Shown here: positions 26,394-32,117 of the stretch, piece after piece | Layout of the letters: each line of letters opens with the position of its first letter | Numbering within the stretch: position 1 is the first letter of the stretch | NCBI GenBank assembly: GCA_964520015.1 | Contig: CAZFMA010000027.1 | Coordinates: 1-32,117, forward strand | Length of the DNA: 32,117 nucleotides | Source of the DNA: an uncultured Candidatus Saccharibacteria bacterium | GTDB taxonomy: Bacteria; Patescibacteriota; Minisyncoccia; Phycocordibacterales; UBA2100 | Reading direction: 5' to 3' | The notes under the pieces: model-generated | What the model saw: the letters and a program-made list of their open reading frames with translations, nothing else | Told to the model about the DNA's origin: nothing | Database searches by the model: none | Translations under genes and position numbers: made by a program

Positions 26394-28085
26394 CTAATCG
26401 CTATCATACAGCATTCGCGCGAGGCGAAGAGCATCGTAAGTATACGCGCCACCAAGTTTTTCAAAGACAGGCGTGAGACGTTCAAGGCCGAGTTCGCGGA
26501 ATGCGGCGTGGATGATGGGAAGAGATTGTTTGAGCGTGGGAGAGACGAGCGGTTCTATGTCGGAGCGGCCGATGCGGCTTTTTGAGTAAAGATCGAAAAT
26601 GTGCGAGGAAATGGTTGTCTCGACCAATCCCCGTGCCTGCGCGATCTCGCGAATCGATTTGCCGCTTTTCAAAAGGGCGAACGTTGCTTCGAGTGTGGGA
26701 ATGCGGACTTCTTTCTTCTTCGGCCCCGCCCCGGCTTTCCCGCCGCATGCGCGGACAAAGTTTTCATGCATGGTTTCCAGCTCTTGCTTTGACATTGCTG
26801 CAAACTTTTCTCGCGATTTTTGTGAGTAGTCGCGAAATTCCGAGTCTTTCACCAGAATCTCGGGATGCACTTCGAGCGCACGTTGGTTCAAACCGGCGAG
26901 CGAGAGTCCGGCGAGCGTGCGCACGCGCGAGAGGGCGACATACCCTTGTCCGTATTCAAAGGTATCGGAGAGGTCCATGTGTGCGGCATCGAGCGACATC
27001 CCCTGGCTTTTATGCACGGTCATCGCCCACGCGAGCCGCAATGGAACTTGGATGATCCGCGCGAGGACTCGTCCGCCGTCTTCGATGCGCCATTCGTCCG
27101 GCTCTGCGAATATTGCTTTCCCGGCGTTGGTCTTCACGATCGGATATCCAGTGTCCGCGAATCCTGTAACGATGCCGAGCGTACCATTTACATATCGGTG
27201 CGTCGTCACATCGTTCTTGGTGAACATAACTCGTGCGCCGATCTTGAGCGAAAGTATTTCGGGCGAAAGGCAGCCGCGCTTCAGTGCCGCGACGAGCACC
27301 TCCCTGCCGCGACTTTCCATTTCAAATTGTTTCGTCGTGCCTACAAGTTTCGCTAATTCCGCATCATTGATCGCGTTGACATCGGTATTGTGCGAGTAGA
27401 GTTGTGTAATGCCGTCTTTCGGTGTGCGGGAGTAGCGCGTACGAAGTAATTGCCGATGTGGCTCTACTACGGTTGCGCGTCGAATTGCCGAGAGAAATTC
27501 GAGAAACACTGCATCTTCCTGCCGATGCTGCTCCGAGAGGTAGCAGACGAGCGGATTGAGCGTATTCCAGGTTGGAGAGAAAAATGCGAATTGTTGCTTT
27601 CCAACATCGGGAGTGAACGATTCCTGATCTTCGTCGTTTTCTCGTCTGTTGATCGGCGGAAGCTGGAAGAAATCGCCGACTAGAATGACTTGCAGCCCGC
27701 CGAAAGGTTGCGGGTTGTGGCGGACCTCTCGACACACCGCTTCTACCATCGAGAGCGTCCGCGCCGAGAGCATTGAGACCTCGTCAATAATGAGTATCTG
27801 TGCATTGCCGACTCGCCGGACGACATTTCTGTTCTGTCCGATGCGGTCGAGATCATACTTTGTGAGATCACGTCGTATACCGATACCGCTCCATGAATGG
27901 ATCGTGAATCCGCCGATATGGGTTGCGGCAATGCCGGTCGATGCCGTGATCGCGGGCTCGATGCCGCAGGAGCGCAAGTGCGCGACATATTGATTGATAG
28001 TGTGCGTTTTTCCGCTTCCTGGCTCGCCGGTCAAAAAGACATTTGCGCCGGTTTTCAAGATTGCGAGAGCTTCGGCTTGAGTCAT
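26394..28085 (-). CDS. Pif1/RecD-like SF1B DNA helicase with C-terminal HTH domain
   Basis: Walker A GEPGSGKTH, LIIDEVSM, VGDFFQLPP, the TVHKSQGMS and YVALSRV motifs, and a helical C-terminal extension. Confidence 0.85.
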   Translation of the reverse strand: MTQAEALAILKTGANVFLTGEPGSGKTHTINQYVAHLRSCGIEPAITASTGIAATHIGGFTIHSWSGIGIRRDLTKYDLDRIGQNRNVVRRVGNAQILIIDEVSMLSARTLSMVEAVCREVRHNPQPFGGLQVILVGDFFQLPPINRRENDEDQESFTPDVGKQQFAFFSPTWNTLNPLVCYLSEQHRQEDAVFLEFLSAIRRATVVEPHRQLLRTRYSRTPKDGITQLYSHNTDVNAINDAELAKLVGTTKQFEMESRGREVLVAALKRGCLSPEILSLKIGARVMFTKNDVTTHRYVNGTLGIVTGFADTGYPIVKTNAGKAIFAEPDEWRIEDGGRVLARIIQVPLRLAWAMTVHKSQGMSLDAAHMDLSDTFEYGQGYVALSRVRTLAGLSLAGLNQRALEVHPEILVKDSEFRDYSQKSREKFAAMSKQELETMHENFVRACGGKAGAGPKKKEVRIPTLEATFALLKSGKSIREIAQARGLVETTISSHIFDLYSKSRIGRSDIEPLVSPTLKQSLPIIHAAFRELGLERLTPVFEKLGGAYTYDALRLARMLYDSD

Positions 28086-28254
28086 TGCGACAGTTTAAAC
28101 TCCTCGGCCGCTTAATGAAAGTGGTGTCTTGAGAGCTGGTGCAAGTCCTGCCCCCGACAAAAAACACGCGATTTTCATCTCGATTACAACACACATTGCT
28201 TCCGAGCACGAGAATCAGACTTGCGCTGAATATATCTTGGCAATGCTGTGCCAT

Positions 28255-28286
28255 CAAAAAACCGCGCACGGATGTGCGGGTTTTTT
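28255..28286. terminator. Bidirectional rho-independent terminator
   Basis: AAAAAA-CCGCGCAC-GGAT-GTGCGGG-TTTTTT: a GC stem flanked by an A-run and a T-run, between the tRNA and the helicase operon. Confidence 0.7.
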
Positions 28287-28330
28287 GAGTGACTATGGGG
28301 ACCGGAACTGGTTCCGGCATCACAATGCTG

Positions 28331-28402
28331 TTGCGGGGGCGGGACTTGCACCCGCGACCTCAAGGTTATGAGCCTTGCGAGCTACTACTGCTCCACCCCG
28401 CT
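28331..28402 (-). tRNA. tRNA-Met (CAU), initiator-like
   Basis: Manual fold: AGCGGGG-TG-GAGC-AGTAGTA-GCTC-G-CAAGG-CTCATAA-CCTTG-AGGTC-GCGGG-TGCAAGT-CCCGC-CCCCGCA-A. It closely parallels E. coli tRNA-fMet, including an unpaired 1-72 position (A x A). CCA is not encoded. Confidence 0.8.
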
Positions 28403-28458
28403 TTTTCAAATCTACTACAAAGAGAGTGGTGTTGCAATGAAATGGTACTATTTTCTGT

Positions 28459-28878
28459 ATGAAGAAAACGGAAAGTGCCGGCGGCATCGTACAAAATGTT
28501 CGCGGTGAGATTGCACTCGTTCTTCATGGCACTGGCGAGGCTTGGTGGGGCTTCCCCAAAGGGCATGTAGATAAGGGAGAAAATGCAGAGATGGCAGCGC
28601 GCCGCGAGATTTTGGAAGAAACGGGATTAAAAAGTACGACACTCTTGAAAGACCTGGGATCATATAGTCGATACAAGGCGAAAGTGGGTGGGGGAGACGA
28701 TGAAAGTGAATACAAAACGATTCATATGTTTCTCTTTTCGACAACAGAAGAAGCGCTTGCGCCTCTTGACCCAGCTCATCCAGAAGCCCGCTGGGTTGCC
28801 CCAAAAGAAGTAGCGCAGATGCTCTCAAATCCCAAAGACAAAATATTCTGGCTGGACGTACTGTCGCAGCTCTCTTAA
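28459..28878 (+). CDS. Nudix hydrolase
   Basis: Nudix box GHVDKGENAEMAARREILEETG. 139 aa. Confidence 0.85.
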   Translation: MKKTESAGGIVQNVRGEIALVLHGTGEAWWGFPKGHVDKGENAEMAARREILEETGLKSTTLLKDLGSYSRYKAKVGGGDDESEYKTIHMFLFSTTEEALAPLDPAHPEARWVAPKEVAQMLSNPKDKIFWLDVLSQLS

Positions 28879-29054
28879 GCCTCTATGATCGCCGCGATGA
28901 CGATTTGAAGAATCCCAAAAAAAACGAAGAGAAGAAATCCGAGGAGGAGTTGTTTCCACTCACCCCTCAAGAGGCCGGCCCCGATGCAGTAGATGAGAAA
29001 GACGCCGGATAAGGCAAAGAGGGCATGATTCACTTGCATGACGATACCCCACAT
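28875..29054 (-). CDS. Possible 59-aa two-TM membrane peptide
   Basis: My own translation, below the ORF-track cutoff: MWGIVMQVNHALFALSGVFLIYCIGAGLLRGEWKQLLLGFLLFVFFGILQIVIAAIIEA. Its stop shares a TTAA with the convergent Nudix stop. Confidence 0.35.
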   Translation of the reverse strand: MWGIVMQVNHALFALSGVFLIYCIGAGLLRGEWKQLLLGFLLFVFFGILQIVIAAIIEA

Positions 29055-29104
29055 AGCCGTGAGCGTATCACGGAATATTTTGATTGTGGAGTCTCGAAAT
29101 TATT

Positions 29105-29178
29105 GCGCGAGTGAAGGGACTCGAACCCTCGACCTTTCCCGTGACAGGGGAACGCTCTAACCAACTGAGCTACACCCG
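29105..29178 (-). tRNA. tRNA-Asp (GUC)
   Basis: Manual cloverleaf: GCGGGTG-TA-GCTC-AGTTGGTTA-GAGC-G-TTCCC-CTGTCAC-GGGAA-AGGTC-GAGGG-TTCGAGT-CCCTT-CACTCGC-G. Discriminator G73. Confidence 0.9.
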
Positions 29179-29236
29179 CAATAGAGACACAATACTTTAA
29201 AATCTGATTGGTATCAAATCAGCAGGTGTCGGCAGG

Positions 29237-29308
29237 TGTCGGGGGACGGGAACGATCCGTCGACCTAGCGCTTATGAAACGCTCGCTCTACCACTGAGCT
29301 ACCCCGAC
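29237..29308 (-). tRNA. tRNA with CAU anticodon (elongator Met or lysidine-dependent Ile2)
   Basis: GTCGGGG-TA-GCTC-AGTGGTA-GAGC-G-AGCGT-TTCATAA-GCGCT-AGGTC-GACGG-ATCGTTC-CCGTC-CCCCGAC-A. Full 7-bp acceptor stem. The T-loop is unusual. Confidence 0.8.
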
Positions 29309-29421
29309 AGGGAGCTAAATGAGAATATCGCATATTCCCATTTTCTGCGAGGCCCTCGGGGTACGGACCGCACAAATTTCGCAGGTTTGCGGCCTGTCTA
29401 TTTTGATGTATAAAGGCCCAT

Positions 29422-29745
29422 ATGAAGAATACAATAAAGTACCTCATAGCAGGGGCATGTGCCGGGGCGATGCTTATGAGTGCGATGCCAGCGTTCGCAG
29501 CGGGAGGTGTTGGTGGTTCGGTAAACGGAATTGGCTCATTTAATAATGGCGGAGCAAGTGCAGGGAACGGAGGCAACGGAAACGCTGGTTCAGGTGGGAA
29601 TGGAGGCAGCGTCAGTTCGACAGGGGCATTTAATAACGGCGGTGCATCAGCAGGAAATGGCGGTAGTGGCGGTAGTATTCAGAGTTTCTACACCTCGCGA
29701 ACAATTGATCCCCACGCCTTCAATGCTCGTCTCCAGTCACGCTAA
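29422..29745 (+). CDS. Secreted Gly/Asn/Ser-rich repeat protein
   Basis: Sec-type signal MKNTIKYLIAGACAGAMLMSAMPAFA/AGG. The mature part of about 81 aa has two roughly 30-aa repeats (G-S/A-FNNGGASAGNGG-N/S-G). Confidence 0.65.
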   Translation: MKNTIKYLIAGACAGAMLMSAMPAFAAGGVGGSVNGIGSFNNGGASAGNGGNGNAGSGGNGGSVSSTGAFNNGGASAGNGGSGGSIQSFYTSRTIDPHAFNARLQSR

Positions 29746-29793
29746 AGTGTATTTCCGATAATCGCCATAGAGGGACATGATAAACTATCCTGT

Positions 29794-30432
29794 ATGGACA
29801 CACGCGGAGGAAAATCGGAAGTGACGCTGAGTGACGGCAATGAGCATTTCAGTGGAATGGCAATAACACGTTTAGATCAGGAAAAATTGAATGCCCTCAA
29901 GTCTCAAATAGCTGATTTGGACCATAATGTTCTTGATATCGGGAAAAGTAAAAATAGGATCGGCCCATCGGAACAACTTCAGATCCTTAAGAAATTCAGT
30001 GGCGCTCTCCATGAATCGGGGGGTCATGCGGTTGTTGCGGAAGAGAACGGAAAAATTGCGGGGTTTATTGCGATCGAAAAAGATGGAGAAGGAGTACCGT
30101 GGGTACGTCACATGTGGGTAAGCCCAGGAGAAGGCAGACAAAAGCATGTCATCAAAGAACTCATAAAGAGAGCCTGGAGTGACTTGCAACCTGGGATGGC
30201 ACCGGGCATGAAATTGCATATGGATTTTGATAATCCTTCGAACGATCTTCTCGAAGTTTGTAAGGAAAAAGAATTCAAGAATCGGCTGGAAATTCACAAA
30301 CCTGAAGAGGAGGAGAAACAGCCTTCCCTAGAAAAAAAGAAAAAGGCCGCGAATGACAACGGAGACTCACTCTTTAAGGAGCCAGCAAATGATAGTGAGT
30401 TGCCATCCTCGAAAATGGACGAAGCAGCGTAG
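29794..30432 (+). CDS. Hypothetical protein, possibly GNAT-like acetyltransferase with a Lys/Glu-rich tail
   Basis: The segment ENGKIAGFIAIEKDGEGVPWVRHMWVSPGEGRQKHVIKELIKRA weakly resembles GNAT motif A. Function is not established. Confidence 0.4.
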   Translation: MDTRGGKSEVTLSDGNEHFSGMAITRLDQEKLNALKSQIADLDHNVLDIGKSKNRIGPSEQLQILKKFSGALHESGGHAVVAEENGKIAGFIAIEKDGEGVPWVRHMWVSPGEGRQKHVIKELIKRAWSDLQPGMAPGMKLHMDFDNPSNDLLEVCKEKEFKNRLEIHKPEEEEKQPSLEKKKKAANDNGDSLFKEPANDSELPSSKMDEAA

Positions 30433-30444
30433 CGATAGGATTTC

Positions 30445-31107
30445 ATGCAGACACCACGAGAGATATACACGGCATATAAGATAATGCCGAATCTACAACT
30501 GCATCAACTGCGGGTAGCGGCGGTGGGGAAGGTGGTGAGTGACACGTTCACTCGACCCATCAATCAGAATGATGTGGTTCTCGCCGGCCTCTTTCATGAC
30601 ATGGGGAATATTTTGAAATTCGATTTTTCACATTTCCCAGGATTTACTGAGCCGGAGGGAATCCACCACTGGGAATCTATTAAAACTGAATATCGTAAGA
30701 AGTATGGCCCCGATGAGCACGTGGCACATGTAACTATTGCGAGGGAGATAGGACTCCCCGAAAGGGTAATTTCCTTGATCGACGGAGTGGGATTCTCGAA
30801 GATGGAGCGGATCCGCGATAGTGATTCGTTCGAGCAAAAGATAGTCGAATACGGAGATGCGCGGGTCGGACCACACGGAATCCTTGCCCTGAAAGACAGA
30901 TTAGAGGAAGGTCGCACACGGTACAACAAGAATCCAAATCAAGACGTACCCCGTTCTCCGGAGGAGTTCGAAAAGATCGTGCTCGCTGCGGCGGAGATCG
31001 AGTCACAAATTTTTGCACAGACACGTATACGACCCGAAGATGTCGATGACGCAGCTATAGCTCCGATCATCGAAGAATTATGGGAGTATCCTGTTATAGT
31101 TTCCTGA
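30445..31107 (+). CDS. HD-domain phosphohydrolase
   Basis: H...HD signature (LHQLRVAAV...GLFHDMGN). 220 aa. Confidence 0.7.
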   Translation: MQTPREIYTAYKIMPNLQLHQLRVAAVGKVVSDTFTRPINQNDVVLAGLFHDMGNILKFDFSHFPGFTEPEGIHHWESIKTEYRKKYGPDEHVAHVTIAREIGLPERVISLIDGVGFSKMERIRDSDSFEQKIVEYGDARVGPHGILALKDRLEEGRTRYNKNPNQDVPRSPEEFEKIVLAAAEIESQIFAQTRIRPEDVDDAAIAPIIEELWEYPVIVS

Positions 31108-31333
31108 TCTCTTTCAAATCCTTGTCCGGCAGGTAGAGAATGAGGAGACCAAGCACGATGCCACCCAAAGCGGTCAGCGTGTGCGAACCGGAAAAAAAGA
31201 AGAGATCAACACCATCAAGCATGTACCAGATGCCGCGCCAGATAAAGACGAGGCCGATGACGATGCTGAGATTGCTGGCCAAGTAGCGCAAGGGGTTTCG
31301 CTTGAACTGCTCGTGGTCACTCATGTGATTCAT
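31094..31333 (-). CDS. Small two-TM membrane protein
   Basis: Internal ATG 31333 gives MNHMSDHEQFKRNPLRYLASNLSIVIGLVFIWRGIWYML...GGIVLGLLILYL. The longer ORF-track version runs antisense through tRNA-Thr and is rejected. Confidence 0.5.
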   Translation of the reverse strand: MNHMSDHEQFKRNPLRYLASNLSIVIGLVFIWRGIWYMLDGVDLFFFSGSHTLTALGGIVLGLLILYLPDKDLKEIRKL

Positions 31334-31407
31334 AGGAAAAGTGTAGCATGGAGAGCGGAGAGCAGGTGTGATAGTATCGTTTTTGCTGCTGCCATCTCGA
31401 TGGTGAA

Positions 31408-31480
31408 GCCGACGTAGCTCAGTTGGTAGAGCACGTCCTTGGTAAGGACGAGGTCTCCGGTTCAATCCCGGACGTCGGCT
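31408..31480 (+). tRNA. tRNA-Thr (GGU)
   Basis: GCCGACG-TA-GCTC-AGTTGGTA-GAGC-A-CGTCC-TTGGTAA-GGACG-AGGTC-TCCGG-TTCAATC-CCGGA-CGTCGGC-T. Canonical cloverleaf. Confidence 0.92.
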
Positions 31481-32117
31481 CAAGAATCAAACTCAACGGC
31501 TTTTCAGAGGCCGAAATGCGCGCGGCGCGAAGCGCCGCGTAGGGGGGAATGGGGTTTCCGCGCGCTTCGCGCGCGTGGATTGAGAGATTCAATCCGAAAA
31601 CTTTTTGGAGGGGGGATTTTTTGGAGGGGATGTCTTCTGATTTTGCTATTTCATCAAGACGCGAAGCGTCTTGTATCCAGTTTCTGACAGGTTCAACCCA
31701 CGCGGCGGGGGCTCGTTCAAGACGGACGATTTGCTCCTCAATCGTCCGGCGCTCTCCCATAAGAGCGCGGCGGCGGGACAAGTAGTCCTCACGTTCAATA
31801 TCCTCGGCGACGTACAAGTCCGTGAGACGTTCAAATTTGTTAGAAATATCAAAAACTTTGTCCCGCAGTCCTTGAACGGCCTCCGCCGCCGTTTTTGAGG
31901 CGCTAGCCGCTTCTATGTCGAGCATCGCCAAGAGTGGCGATATCCATTCTTGCGGCATGGCGTACTCGCCAAGAAGCGCCGAAAGTTGCGAGTTCAACAA
32001 CTCGCTTCGCATCGGCGCTTCTTTGCATTTCACGGCCTTATTTTTTCGAGTACAGCGATAATAAGTGTAGTAATGCACATTGCCGTTCTTTTGGTGCTTC
32101 TCTTTTACCTCGGCCGT
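31419..32117 (-). CDS. Large serine recombinase, C-terminal part (partial; N-terminus beyond the window)
   Basis: Zinc-ribbon segment HYYTYYRCTRKNKAVKC followed by a coiled-coil region typical of large serine recombinases. The frame stays open to the window edge (TAEVKEKHQKNGNV...). The last 62 nt of the ORF are antisense to tRNA-Thr. Confidence 0.8.
   Translation of the reverse strand, partial: TAEVKEKHQKNGNVHYYTYYRCTRKNKAVKCKEAPMRSELLNSQLSALLGEYAMPQEWISPLLAMLDIEAASASKTAAEAVQGLRDKVFDISNKFERLTDLYVAEDIEREDYLSRRRALMGERRTIEEQIVRLERAPAAWVEPVRNWIQDASRLDEIAKSEDIPSKKSPLQKVFGLNLSIHAREARGNPIPPYAALRAARISASEKPLSLILEPTSGIEPETSSLPRTCSTN

Noticed and set aside
26482-28323. Many plus- and minus-strand ORFs overlapping the Pif1-like helicase gene and its upstream region
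   Set aside because: They are shorter alternative-frame or antisense ORFs with Arg/Ser/Pro-rich, non-protein-like sequences. The 563-aa frame carries the full helicase motif set.
28875-28878. Shared TTAA stop overlap between the plus-strand Nudix gene and the minus-strand small ORF as a regulatory feature
   Set aside because: Convergent stop overlap at a palindromic TTAA is common and needs no special explanation. The small ORF itself is low confidence.

Overview
This window looks like a small-genome bacterial fragment. The gene content, mostly Shine-Dalgarno-free starts and tight operons are reminiscent of Candidate Phyla Radiation/Patescibacteria; that placement is inference only.

Gene order, left to right:
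- Arginase-family hydrolase, convergent comFC-like gene, and pterin-4a-carbinolamine dehydratase.
- A complete diversity-generating retroelement (DGR): target gene with C-terminal VR, TR, antisense Avd-like gene, and RT.
- A full type IV pilus locus: pilM/N/O-like, pilB, receiver domain, pilT, pilC, major pilin, prepilin peptidase, and four minor pilins.
- ligA-gatC-gatA.
- An accessory stretch: Fic protein, archaeo-eukaryotic primase (AEP) fused to an SF2 helicase, ribbon-helix-helix (RHH)/RelE toxin-antitoxin pair, Pif1-like helicase, and two Nudix genes.
- Four tRNAs: two with anticodon CAU, plus Asp and Thr.
- A secreted Gly/Asn-rich repeat peptide.
- The 3' part of a large serine recombinase that reads into tRNA-Thr.

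The strongest direct signals:
1. A 112-bp VR/TR pair differs at 15 positions, and every one is a TR adenine.
2. Two families of small terminal-inverted-repeat elements sit at gene boundaries, with eight copies or partial copies in the window. Several have short flanking direct repeats. Deleting them in silico restores compact operon junctions and canonical ATG starts.

No rRNA genes or CRISPR arrays were seen.
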